DNA of 64,000 nt, from NCBI RefSeq assembly GCF_009914755.1, contig NC_060932.1; one strand, written 5' to 3'. Positions 1-17,866 of this stretch are shown here, one piece after another (position 1 is the first letter of the stretch; each line of letters opens with the position of its first letter). This DNA comes from the human T2T-CHM13v2.0 reference genome, Homo sapiens. A model generated the notes under the pieces. The model saw only the letters and a program-made list of their open reading frames with translations. It made no database searches and was not told where the DNA came from. Both the position numbers and the translations under genes were made by a program.

Positions 1-265
1 TCAACAACAAGGTTTGCTGTGGTTTTCAAGTTTTGCCTTTGTGTGGAACATTGTAATGACATAGTGGGAAAAGAAATATTTGGGGAGAGAATTAACCATG
101 GCTGATACATAGCACGGGTATTTCTGAACAACCTACTAAATTATTTCTTAGAACATTTTGAAGTATATCTTGCCATAGGAGTGGGAACAGTTTCATACAA
201 AAGCCTCCTCATGCTTCCAACTTTTCTTTAAAAAATTTTTTTAAAATTATTTTATTAAAAATAGA

Positions 266-700
266 GGCCCGGCCCGATGGCTCACACTGGTAATCCCAGC
301 ACTTTAGGAGGCTGAGGTGGGCAAATCACTTGAGGCCAGGAGTTTGAGAACAGCCTGGCCAACATGGTGAAACCTCATCTCTACTAAAAATCCAAAAATT
401 AACCAGGCCCGGTGGCTCATGCCTGTAATCCCAGCATTTTAAGAGGCTGAGGCGGGTGGATCACTTGAGCCCAGGAGATAGCGACCACCCTGGGCAACAT
501 GGCCAAACTTCATCTCTACAAGAAATACAAGTTAGCCTGGCGTGGTGGCACGCACCTGTGGTCCCAGCTACTCAGGAAGCTGAGGTGGGAGGATCACTTG
601 AGTTCGAGGGTGCAGTGAACCAAGATCGCACCACTGCACTCCTTTGGCCTGGGACACAGAACAAGACCCTGTCTCAAAAAACAAAACAAAACAAAACAAC
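266..700 (+). mobile_element. Alu with an extra left monomer (trimer) and (CAAAA)n tail
   Basis: Left-arm sequence at 266-400 and again at about 401-533, then right arm. Confidence 0.85.
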
Positions 701-1170
701 CCCCCCCCCGCCCCACACACACACAAATAGTGGAACTATAGCACACAAGAGCCATGCATGAGTCAGTGTTCTCCACGAAAGCAAGCTTCAAAGTGGAACT
801 GAGAGACCGGGCTCTGATCCTCACCCTCCCACTAATACCAGGGTAGCCTCAGCCAAGTCACTTAAATTCATGTCTTGAGAGAAGACAGAATTAACTAAGG
901 AATCCCCAAACAGCAGTTCCCTTAGTTGAAATCACAAACGTACACACACATACCCTGACTAAGGAGAGCTTCAAGAAAGGCTGGAAGACTTAGGAGAGGT
1001 CAATGGTGACAATCTTAATTCAGAGTTAAGGTTGTCTCTCTGTCAACTTTGCTCAACGTTGGAGCATCTGTTGTTCTCTTGCAATCCACATTCGTTTTCG
1101 AAAACACTTCAGAAACAAAAATAGCATCAGCGGTGGTTGCCTGTGAACCTAAAACATATCATTCCAATGA

Positions 1171-1431
<261 letters not shown>

Positions 1432-2448
1432 TGACTGGCCTGCCCAATTGTTGGGGACCCAGTGATGGGTCCGCACCCCACATCTCACGTGGATCTCCTT
1501 ACACTTGAATAAAGACAGTTCTGGCTCAGGTGGGATCTGAAGCCACAGGTTCATGAGAACTCCCCCTAGGCAGTGCCAGCCTTCATTTTAACACTGTACC
1601 TGGTTGGTGCCCTTGAGCCAGAGCTTCCTGCGAGGTTGGTAAAGGATGCTCTGCCCAGCTACTGAGCAGAAGATAGGTGATTGCTGTGGGGAACCGGTGG
1701 AACCCTGGCATGATCCCGCATCACCCAGCACATTGCCAGGAGAACCTTTCTAAAGAAGACAGCATGGAAGAGTGAGGAGAGGGCTGGAGTGGAGTGAGGA
1801 AGTGTGGCGTCCATGCTGGCTTTGCCATTCTCCAGCTCTGTGCTGTGGATCAAGTCACTTGTCATCTCTGGGCCTCCATTTACTGATCTGTAAAGCAGAG
1901 GTTGCACTAGATGTCCCTAAAAACACTCTACTTCCAAAATTTTCCAGTTGTAAACTTTAGGGAGCCTTTCTGGAAATTAAAAAAAAAAAGGGCTGGGCAG
2001 GGAACTGACATGCTGACATGCCAGATGATTAGAAAAAGTGAAACTGTGATTAAATTTACTTTAAAAAATTGTTAAAAGTCCCCTCTCTAATATGTCACAC
2101 AGTCACTTTAGATTATGTAGTTCTTGCTTAGTTTGTTTTAAAATGTTTCAATCCCAAGTGAGTAGACTGTGTAATTTATTTAAAAGGATTTGTGTAAAAT
2201 GGCTTGTTAAAGATATATTATCTATCCATTATGTCAGAGCTTGTGAATATTATAATACTAATTTCTAGTGAGAACTAACTAAAAATAACATTCATCTAGT
2301 CCACATTTCTTTTCCTACATAATTTAAGTGGCTTTGTTATTGACTGAAGAGGACAATCGCTACAATTTTTATAGAGATGAGACTACTACTAACAGAATTC
2401 ACACAGATGTTTAACAAAATATAGCCATTTACTATGTTAACATAGTAA

Positions 2449-2841
<393 letters not shown>

Positions 2842-3560
2842 TAGAGGCCCTTTGGTTATATACAGAACTTGGATTTTAAAATTTTTCAAAAAATCTGAGC
2901 TTAATAAACGCATTTATACAACAGAAATAAATTGAGTATCTCAGTCATCTCAATCTTATCCCTGAGAGAATTTTATACTTTGGGAAGTTGTGGGAAAAAA
3001 ATGGTTCTTTTTCATACTAAGATGACATGACCAACCCAATATCAACAGACGGTGCCACTTCCTATCATTGGTCCTACTGCCTCACTAAGCCCACCTGTAT
3101 CTTTCACATCATGTGTCCTGACATTTTGAGTGCTTGAGCACAGAGACTGCTGTCTGGCTGTGGGACTGAGTTGGGTCTGTGCAAGAACTAAGCCAGCCAC
3201 ACTGATCTTGATTATCTCAGTGAACTCACTGGCAGGGTCAGGTGGCCCACCTGGTATAGGCAGCAGGGAGGGCTTCAGTTCAGCTGCGTGTCTGAAAACC
3301 AAAGATTTAAAACATAGTAATTATTGAACCTCAGAAGAAAAACTCAGATTGAAAGAACTTAGAATAAGACCCTTTTTGAGTTGAGAAAGGTGAGTACTTA
3401 GATTTTTCATTTGCTTTGTTTGGGATTACTTACATCAGTATTTTATGTTGATCAGAAAGAAAGGATTCAATTAGCTATTGTTCGGTTAATAAAAATGTCA
3501 GCCACTGTAGGAGTAAGTTGGATGTCCAGCCTTTTTAGATTGCTTAACTTGGAAACACTG

Positions 3561-4050
<490 letters not shown>

Positions 4051-4787
4051 CTAGAGTAAACCCGATTTTCTTGCCTTATCTGAAATAAGCTGCCTGGGGA
4101 CTCACAGGCACAGACGAAGGGAAATGAGGAGGCTCTCCAGCTGTGTCATGAGACACCCAAAGGAATGCTTAGCATGTAGCATGCATGTGATACATCCCAG
4201 CAGGTTGCTTAGACACAGCTATCTTGGAGCTTTGCCACTTGCTTGGATGTCACTGGCTTTAAGTACAGGGTTCCCATTGTGAAGTAGGGGATCCTGGCTG
4301 AAACAGGGAGACATTAACATTACATTCTGAAGAAATGACATCAACCTCTCCTGATCTTGAAAGCCAACTACAAAGGGTGCCCAACACCCCAACCTTGAAG
4401 GGAGGCGAAGGTGAGTGGGACTGGACCAATTCAACAGGGTTCTGCTCCTAGCCAGGTGCTCCTGCTAGTTTCCTCAAAGACCCACTTTGCATTCAGACCA
4501 ATCTTTCCTTTTAATAGTATAAATGATCAAAATTTTATTGAATGTCTAAAATATACTTTTTAAATGGGAAGCATGGTGAACCCCAATCTGCCGTTCCTCA
4601 ACTCAACTCAATGCCTTCCTGGCTTACTTAGATCTGCCTTGGAAGGGACAGACCTGTCTCTGAACACTGTTCTGTTATTTGATTTTTCTATCTGTGCCAA
4701 TGGGTTTCCAATCAAGTTTGTTTTTTCCATTTCATGCAGGTGTATTGGGCTGATGTATCTATGACAAGTGGTAGGTGGGTATTTTAA

Positions 4788-5078
<291 letters not shown>

Positions 5079-5901
5079 TAGATTTAAATATTTTCTGGGG
5101 GCATTCAAATCTTCAGAATCAGCGTGGATATTATTTTATATCCAAAAGCAACATTTTGATAAGAATAGACTATAAGGCCAATAAATAGTCCTGCCCTGCT
5201 CTATCGTTTGATATTTTCACAGTGAATAGATCTGCTGAGACCAATAACTAAGTGGGCCCAACAGAAAAAAGCTTGTGATTTTCGGACAGAGGAAAGATGG
5301 CATGTTCAGCCAGACCCTTCCCTACCAGTTGGCTGGCCTGTGGACATCTTATCCTCACCTTGACATACCAATCTCTTTCATGAAAATATTAATAGTACTT
5401 ATTCTTTAGTGTGAAATAGGATGAACGTTTTTGTTGAGCATTGGGAGAGTGATGGAATTGAGCTAGGAAGATGTTGGAAGGGAAGGTGCATAGGATAGAA
5501 GGGAACTGAGGTCTGGAGTTCTGACTTAGCTGCAAGAGACCCACTTTTTCACACGATCCCTTGAGAAGTACCTCTGAAAAGTATTTTGGGGTTGGAAAGA
5601 AGCTGATACTCTGACCAAGGCAAATTATTTTAACCAGGTAATTGGAAGTAAAAAATAAGCTGTGTTTATTAGACTGATCATAAAAGACAAAAGTTCTTTT
5701 CTTGTCTTTTTTGCTGACCAGGCAAATGAACATGGGCAAACGGGATCACCTCCCTGGGGCTCAGGCTTCTCACCTGTTAAATGAGGGGCTGGACCATGTA
5801 CCTCTGGTCCCTTCCACTGAATGTTTCCTGAGTCTGTCATTGCTTGGCTAACCTTCAATGATAAAGTGATACAGATATTTAGAGTAAGGAATAATGGGAA
5901 A

Positions 5902-6065
5902 ATATATACCCATATACTATACATTCAAACATACACACATATACATATATGCATGCATATAAATGTATACGCATATGTATATGTGTATATGTTTGTACGT
6001 ATAGTATATGGTTATATATGCAAATACATATACATATACAAACATATGCATATATTATATACATA
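5902..6065. repeat. AT/CA-rich alternating purine-pyrimidine tract containing a long inverted repeat
   Basis: Arms 5902-5948 and 5973-6019 are reverse complements at 43/47 positions. Confidence 0.9.
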
Positions 6066-6301
6066 AATAATACTATTTCAGATGCATGGAAAAACTTTGT
6101 AATTTAAATCTGCTATTAAAGAAAGAGAAAATCAATTCTGGATTTGTTTACGGAAAAGTGAAACAAAAGAAAAAGACAATTTTAACACTAGAGAATATTT
6201 TCTCTCTCTTACCTGTAACACAAAATTAAAATAAGTAGAATTAGTTTTCAGTATTTCCTATATTTGGAAAACAATATTTATATTCATTTTGTTTCTTTTA
6301 G

Positions 6302-6493
<192 letters not shown>

Positions 6494-7161
6494 TAAGAGG
6501 TGAAAAGACTGTCATTCTGAGAGAGAATCAGAACAAATTTTGTTAAATACCCACATGTGTGGTGTTCTTCCCGGAGACATGACCAGCACTTGATTATCTC
6601 ATTGTAGGGCTCTTTATTAGGGATAAGAAAAAACACAGACGCTCTCACTGGCTTACTATCCACTGGCAATAGCACAGAAATAAAGCATAATTACACACAA
6701 TGCCTGCAGATTTCTCTGGGAAGCCTGTTTCCTCCCACTCTCAGCTCTGTGTTTTAGTAGTGTAAATGCACATCAGTACTAGGAGAAAAGAAGAAGGACC
6801 AATTCCAGAGGCCACTTCGAAAGAAGACCGTCATCTAGGCAAAGGTGTGGCATACACACAGAGAGAAAGAACCCACCACTGTTTATACATCTTCTCGACA
6901 TATTCAGAAATAATCTACAAAAGGAAATCCAGCCATCCTGAGTGGAAACTGCTGCATAAGGCTAGTTTAAGAGACTCAAATTCATTTTAGAAGGAGCCAA
7001 GCCTCCTTTTATGTCTCTCTAAGTAAAGATACCATGACTGTAGAATAGGAGCTAATAAGAATCTAAATAGCTGCCAGTGCATTCAAATGATGAGCAGTGA
7101 CATGCGAATGTCATACGAATGGAAATTTACAAATCTGTGTTCCTGCTTTTTTCCCTTTTAA

Positions 7162-7419
<258 letters not shown>

Positions 7420-7864
7420 TAAATGTGACTCTTATCCTTAACCCTTATTGACCCAATGTCCTACTCAGTAGCTTCAAAGTATGTAGTTTTCATATACACA
7501 TTTGGCCAAATTATGTTTCTGAAGAATTCTGCAATGTTCAGCATGACCACCTTAGAGCCAGGCAGACAGCCATTTTATCTTTTATTTACTATACTGTAGG
7601 CTACACTGAGCAGTGCACTTACAGTAGCAAGAGAAAAAGGTGGGATTTTAGACAGGAAGACTCCACTGACCTCAATAATGGCATCATAAAATGCTATCTG
7701 GCCACATGTTGTCATACCTTGAATGTAGCTGCAAAGCCAATGGAAAGATTTTAGATGTTACTGGAACAGAAGATGTTAATTAGGATAAATCTTCCAAAAT
7801 GTTCAGAACATAATGTTAGCTTAATGTTTTACTTTAATAATGTTAGCTTGTGTTAAATTTATGA

Positions 7865-8043
7865 TTTTTGTTTGTTTGTTTTTTGAGATAGAGTCTTATT
7901 CTATTGCCCAAGCTGGGGTGCAGTCACACAATCACAGGGACTTGCAATGTTGCCCAGGCTGGTCTCAAACTCCTGGCCTCAAGTGATCCTCCTGCCTCAG
8001 CCTCCCAAAGTTCTGGGATTGCAGCTGTGAGCCACCACGCCCA
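7865..8043 (-). mobile_element. Internally deleted old Alu (J-like), intron 5
   Basis: Tail and 5' end present, middle missing. Confidence 0.8.
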
Positions 8044-8330
8044 GTTTACGATTTATTTTTAAGAGCCCCTTGCATACTTTATAGACATTGGGACCTACCT
8101 AGGATATTCTCGTTATTTTTGTGCACGTAATAGAACTTAGAGCATATTGTTACTATTTTCGATTGTCCTAAAAACTTACAAGGAATTCATTCTTATGGCA
8201 TTGCTGATTATTTCTATGTTCATTTGATATAAAAGAGTGTTAGTAGGGGCAGAACCCTCAATTGTACATAATATCAATGATAAAATACAATTCATTTAAC
8301 AATTACCCTCTTAAGATGTGGTTTCTAGAA

Positions 8331-8505
8331 ATACAAATTGTCCCTAACTTACAGTTTTCCAACTTTACAATTGGGCTGTAACACCATTTTAAGTTGAGAA
8401 GCACGTGATGGTTTGACTTAAAACTTTTTGACATTATGATGGGTTTTGGGGGTATTAAGTGCATTTTGACTTACAGTATTTTTGACTTATGAAGAATTTA
8501 TTGTA
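8331..8505. mobile_element. Tigger-family (TcMar) MITE remnant
   Basis: Repeated GACTTA(C/T)/AACTTAC motifs and gtattaagtgcattttgacttacagtatttttgacttatg, typical of Tigger4/MER82-like elements. Confidence 0.5.
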
Positions 8506-8792
8506 AGGCAAGGGGCAGGTATATGTTTCTAGAAGCACCTAGAAGTGTTAGACACTTTCAATGTAAGAGAAGGATGAGATAAACAAGGAAATCAACCTCC
8601 ACCTTGGAGGCTTATTACAGCTTCATAAACATACTCATAAATATAAGAAGCACAAAAGTCAAAAATTCCCTGTGAACTTGCAACTTTCACTCTCTTGAAG
8701 GTGGGTGGGCCGCTACCACCAAGAATATCTCCTGAAATAGGGCCTACAATCATAAATGCACAGGACTATATCCTTGGGTGATTCTACTCTAA

Positions 8793-9245
<453 letters not shown>

Positions 9246-9439
9246 TGAGCCCTGGTGTTTCTGTTGATAGGGGGTTGCATTGATCCATTTGTCTGAGGCT
9301 TCTAATTCCCATTGTCAGCAAGGTCCCAGTGCTCAGTGTGGGATTTGCAGCCTTGCTCGCTGCCCTCCCCTGTAAATGTGGCCATTAGCATGGGCTAGGC
9401 TATCAGCACAGAGCTCAGAGCTCATTTGGAACCATCCAC

Positions 9440-9835
9440 CTCGGGTCAACAAACTATAACCCTTGTGCCAAATCCAGCCTACTTCCTGCTTTTGTAAATA
9501 GTTTTTTTAAAACTTTTAAGTTCAGGGGTACGTATGTAGGTTTGCTAAAAAGGTAAACTTGTGACATGGGAGTTTGTTGTCCAGAATATTCCATCACCCA
9601 GGTATTAAGCTTAGTACCCATTAGTTACTTTTCCTGAAGCTCTCCCTCCTCCCACCCTCTGGGAGGCCCCAGTGTCTGTTGTTCCCCTCTATGTGCTCAT
9701 GCAAAGTTTTATTAGGACACAGCCACACACATTCATTACCATATTGTCAAAGGCTGGTTTCATGCCACCATAACAGAGTTGATAGCCCACAGAGCCTAAA
9801 ATATTTACTCCCTGGCCCTTTACAGAATGTTCACA
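9440..9835. mobile_element. MER58A-like hAT-Charlie element interrupted by an L1 3' fragment
   Basis: caacaaactata...gccaaatccagcc...ttttgtaaata | aagttttattaggacacagccac...gagcctaaaatatttact. Confidence 0.7.
9502..9700 (-). mobile_element. L1PA/L1PB 3' end fragment
   Basis: ttttaagttcaggggtac...catcacccaggtattaagc, primate L1 3'UTR in reverse. Confidence 0.85.
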
Positions 9836-9865
9836 ACTTACATAAAGGCAAGGACCATCTGTCTT

Positions 9866-10272
<407 letters not shown>

Positions 10273-11031
10273 TGAGAGAGGAGGTCTTCGGATAAATCCG
10301 GTGAGAGGGACCAACTTCAGGAAGGGTGGCTTTTGTGGAATCCAGATGGAAACCTGAGGGAAGGGATGATATTAAAGAACAGTGGCCCCAGGTAAAACAT
10401 ATGGCACCCATGTGTAAGGTGATTCTTAGAATCTGTAGAGGTGTCTTTCGTGGTATAGAGGTTGAGGCACCTGTGCTTCAAGGAAACCTTAACTCTTCAA
10501 AATCAGGCAATGCGTATGAGGTAAAGAGAGGACTGTGGGACCATAATCTTGAAGACACAGACAGGCTTCACTCATCCCTGCCTCCTGCACCAGTGGGTTC
10601 AAGGCTCTGTCAGTGTCCCCTAGGGGCACCTCACCACTCCCAGCTTCTTCAGCTCTGGCCTGTCCTGCTGCCTGCAAGGGTTTTGCTTAATTCTCAATTC
10701 AATGTCTCTTCATCTTTTAGCAGCTGTGGGGTTTTGTTGTTGTTCTTCTGTTTTTGCTTAGTATCTGACTACTTTTTAATTATAAAAAGAGATGTATCTA
10801 AACAAAATAGAGATTGTTATCAGAAGTTCACAACATTTATTAAAAATTTTTTCACCTGGACAAGAGTCTAAAGCAGCATAAAAATATGGTCTGCTATATT
10901 CTAAACCATCAGTCTTAAGAGATCTGTGTCTCAGCTTAAGAGAAAATACATTTAATAGACAGTAACACAAATAAGAAAAAAATCTGACCAAGGATAGTGG
11001 GATATAGAAGAAAAAACATTCCAAGAATTAT

Positions 11032-11400
<369 letters not shown>

Positions 11401-11601
11401 TAGTCCTGCTGCCTTTCCTTTTAACCTCTCCCCAGGCCCATTTGCTCAGGGTTTTTGGTAGAGACCAGAGGAGGGGCAGGGAGGAGATATAGAAGTTCAA
11501 CTACCTGCTTCCAGAGGCTGTCCCTAGTATAGAATACTTTAGGGGCTGGCTTTACAAGGCAGTCCTTGTGGCCTCACTGATGGCTCAATGAAATAAGTTC
11601 T

Positions 11602-11726
11602 TTTTTAAAAAAAATTTTATTTATTTCCATAGGTTATTGGGGGAACAGGTGGTGTTTGGTTACATGAGTAAGTTCTTTAGTAGTGATTTGTGAGATTTTG
11701 GTGTGCCCATTACGGAATGGAAAAAT
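11602..11726 (-). mobile_element. Short L1PB-like 3' end insertion
   Basis: L1 3'UTR in reverse; TSD CAA(T/C)GAAATAAGTTCT at 11586-11601 and 11727-11742. Confidence 0.8.
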
Positions 11727-12207
11727 CAACGAAATAAGTTCTATGATGCACCTACTAGACACCTAATCTGCGCTAGATGGTGGGGGAATTAAGAGCATGG
11801 GCATGATCCTGTGACCGGAAGCCCGCTTACAGTCAGGGTGGAGGACAGACCTACTCATGAAACAAACACAGTGACATATAGTGACACAGAAGCAAATGTC
11901 AAATATGCTTGCTCCAGATGCTAAGGCACAAGATGGCCAAGGATGGCGGAGTTCATGGAGAAAGCATCATGAGTGTTTTGGCCTTCTGATTTGATCTCCC
12001 TAGCACCCCTCAAAGATGGCTACTTCCTAATGCTGCTTGGCAATTCAGACACATTTGGGTTTTTCCTATGCATATAACCACACTTTTCTGAAAGGGAGTA
12101 GAATTCAAGGTCTGCATTTTCTAGGTATGAACACTGTGCATGATGAAGTCTTTCCAAGCCACACCAGTGGTTCCATGTGTGTGCACTTCCGGTTTGAGTG
12201 CTAGTGA

Positions 12208-12420
<213 letters not shown>

Positions 12421-12791
12421 TGAGTAGCACAGGGGGGCGGTCATCATGGCACCAGTCCCTCTCCTGCCATAACCCTTGGTCTGAGCAGCAGAAGCAGAGA
12501 GCGATGCCTAGAAAACAAGTCTTTAGTTAAAAAAATCAGAATTTCAAAATTGAGGTCTTTCCTCTATTTGATATTGAGAAAAAAATGCTTCAAATTGGCC
12601 ATTTTATTTTCACTTACTAGTTATATTTTTTTATTTATCATCTTATATCTGTTTATTTCTTTTATAAAGCTGCTGTTAAACAATATAATTAAACTATCTC
12701 AAAAGGTTTGACATTAAAGAAAATGAGCAATGGTAACAGGAAACCACTCTATAGATGTACATATAATATGTACAGAAAATATAAGTAGTAA

Positions 12792-13139
<348 letters not shown>

Positions 13140-13909
13140 TAATCAAAGAAATAAAAGTAAGGCAACTTGATACTTTTACAATTACTAGATGAACAAATCT
13201 TTAAAAATAGCCAGTGCAGACAAGGTGGTGAAGCAGAACATGCGAACCTACCATGCATCATTCACGGCTAGAACCCTCCAGGTGCGGAAGGTAGTATTTT
13301 AATAACTTTCCATAGCTACAAAATATTATTACATAGAAGGGAGTGATTTTTTTCTAATATTTATCCTAAAGAAATAGTCAACAAACATTTTTAAAAACAT
13401 CAATTACAGTCGTACCTATACTAGCATAAATTAGAAACCCAGTATCCAACATTGAGGCAGTGGGTAAATGAATCGTGGTTTATCAAGTCATTAAAATCAA
13501 TCTAGCCTTTAAAAACTATAATTGTAGGAAACCCAGGAAAACATAGTAAAAAATGGAATATAAAATCTGAAGAGAATAAAGAATAGAGAATCGTATGTGT
13601 GCTATGATTGTAGCTAAATAATGTTCAAGTATCAACACAAATTGAAAAGGAATACATGAAAATGAAAATTATATTTCTGAATGATTGACTTCAGGATTTT
13701 CTTTTAGAATTGTATTAAATAGTTCATGTCATTAGGATAAATGCTGGAATGTGGATATAATTTAAAATATACTAAATGCCATCGACCTTCATTTTGAGTT
13801 CTTTGTTGGACATTTTTGTGCATTTTTAAAATATCCCCTAAATAATAAAGCTATTTATATTTGGAGAGGAGAAAAAAAAGTGGGGGGCAGGGAGAGCTGA
13901 TCTCTATAA

Positions 13910-14122
<213 letters not shown>

Positions 14123-15099
14123 TAATTAAATGTATTTTTCTTCCTTCACTTTAGACCCCCACCTGATGTCAGGACCTAGGGGCTGTATTTCAGGGGCCTT
14201 CACAATTCAGGGAGAGCTTTAGGAAACCTTGTATTTATTACTGTATGATGTAGATTTTCTTTAGGAGTCTTCTTTTATTTTCTTATTTTTGGGGGGCAGG
14301 GGGGGGGAAGTGACAGTATTTTTGTATTTCATGTAAGGAAAACATAAGCCCTGAATCGCTCACAGTTATTCAGTGAGAGCTGGGATTAGAAGTCAGGAAT
14401 CTCAGCTTCTCATTTGGCACTGTTTCTTGTAAGTACAAAATAGTTAGGGAACAAACCTCCGAGATGCTACCTGGATAATCAAAGATTCAAACCAACCTCT
14501 TCAAGAAGGGTGAGATTCCAAGATAATCTCAACCTGTCTCCGCAGCCCCACCCATGTGTACCCATAAAATGAATTACACAGAGATCGCTATAGGATTTAA
14601 AGCTTTTATACTAAATGTGCTGGGATTTTGCAAACTATAGTGTGCTGTTATTGTTAATTTAAAAAAACTCTAAGTTAGGATTGACAAATTATTTCTCTTT
14701 AGTCATTTGCTTGTATCACCAAAGAAGCAAACAAACAAACAAAAAAAAAAAGAAAAAGATCTTGGGGATGGAAATGTTATAAAGAATCTTTTTTACACTA
14801 GCAATGTCTAGCTGAAGGCAGATGCCCTAATTCCTTAATGCAGATGCTAAGAGATGGCAGAGTTGATCTTTTATCATCTCTTGGTGAAAGCCCAGTAACA
14901 TAAGACTGCTCTAGGCTGTCTGCATGCCTGTCTATCTAAATTAACTAGCTTGGTTGCTGAACACCAGGTTAGGCTCTCAAATTACCCTCTGATTCTGATG
15001 TGGCCTGAGTGTGACAGTTAATTATTGGGAATATCAAAACAATTACCCAGCATGATCATGTATTATTTAAACAGTCCTGACAGAACTGTACCTTTGTGA

Positions 15100-15258
<159 letters not shown>

Positions 15259-16064
15259 TGAGCATTCTGGGCTAAAGCTGACTGGGCATCCTGAGCTTGC
15301 ACCCTAAGGGAGGCAGCTTCATGCATTCCTCTTCACCCCATCACCAGCAGCTTGCCCTGACTCATGTGATCAAAGCATTCAATCAGTCTTTCTTAGTCCT
15401 TCTGCATATGTATCAAATGGGTCTGTTGCTTTATGCAATACTTCCTCTTTTTTTCTTTCTCCTCTTGTTTCTCCCAGCCCGGACCTTCAACCCAGGCACA
15501 CATTTTAGGTTTTATTTTACTCCTTGAACTACCCCTGAATCTTCACTTCTCCTTTTTTCTCTACTGCGTCTCTGCTGACTTTGCAGATGCCATCTGCAGA
15601 GCATGTAACACAAGTTTAGTAGTTGCCGTTCTGGCTGTGGGTGCAGCTCTTCCCAGGATGTATTCAGGGAAGTAAAAAGATCTCACTGCATCACCTGCAG
15701 CCACATAGTTCTTGATTCTCCAAGTGCCAGCATACTCCGGGACACACAGCCAACAGGGCTGCCCCAAGCACCCATCTCAAAACCCTCAAAGCTGCCAAGC
15801 AAACAGAATGAGAGTTATAGGAAACTGTTCTCTCTTCTATCTCCAAACAACTCTGTGCCTCTTTCCTACCTGACCTTTAGGGCTAATCCATGTGGCAGCT
15901 GTTAGCTGCATCTTTCCAGAGCGTCAGTACTGAGAGGACACTAAGCATGTGACCTTCACTACTCCTGTTCTGAATTCCAGGAATATGCCCTTTTCAACCC
16001 TCCACACATCCCCTGCCAGACAGCAAGTGCTAATGGGTTACAGGAACAAAGGGGAGAAATATTA

Positions 16065-16634
<570 letters not shown>

Positions 16635-16975
16635 TCACTCAGAGACAACCCCAATTAACGTTTTTATTTATATTCTTTCGGACTTTATATATACATAATA
16701 TTTATATGTTTTTCGTCCTTTACAAAAATAGAATTATGGTGTATATACTCTGAATGACTAGATGAGAACATCTGGATCAAAAGCATTAATGTAAGAGCAT
16801 TCAGGATAAACTCAAAATGGAGAATAGTTAGTGGTATTGAGCCAGGCAAAATAACGCAATTCTTATCTAACTGGAGACTTTTCTTCTAAGAGGTTATTAC
16901 GTTGTTTTTCCTCATCACAAATCTGAGGCAATATCATACTTTCTTCAGTTCTTAGAAAGAGACTTTTAGATGAAG

Positions 16976-17290
<315 letters not shown>

Positions 17291-17554
17291 TAGATGCAGT
17301 TTTATACATGCATTTGTATTACACATAAATAGCATGCATATTCTGCCAGAGCATCTACAACTTTAAATCTACATGTGAATGTGAAAATAAAACCTCATTA
17401 AATTAGTAAATAACTCTAGCTGCTTGTAAAGCACGTCCAGTCGTATTTTTTATATGTTACAAGACTTTATCTGAGAAAGCCTAATGAAGCATTCCTTGTC
17501 TGATTATAGGATTACTGACAGAACAGTTATTTAGACAGAGAATGTTCAGATGCG

Positions 17555-17866
17555 TTTTATTTTTATTTTTTACTTTTATTTATTTTTGAGACAGTCTCGT
17601 TCTGTTGCCCAGGCTAGAATGTGGTGGCGTGATCTCGGCTCAATGCAACTCTGCCTCCCGGGTTCAAGTGATTCTTGTGCCTCAGCCTGACAAGTAGCTG
17701 GGATTATAGGTGCCCGTTACCATGCCCAGCTAATTTTTCTGTTTTTAGTAGAGACGGAGTTTCACCATATTGGCCAGGCTGGTCATTGAACTCCTAACCT
17801 CAGGTGATGTGCCTGTCTCAGCCTCCCAATGTGCTGGGATTACAGGCATGAGCCACAGCACCCAGC
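17555..17866 (-). mobile_element. Alu (S-type), intron 9
   Basis: Reverse dimer; TSD CAGATGC(G/A)TTTT. Confidence 0.95.

Noticed and set aside
10326-10871. 181-aa GTG-start ORF in intron 6
   Set aside because: No recognisable homology, non-ATG start, low-complexity end; consistent with chance
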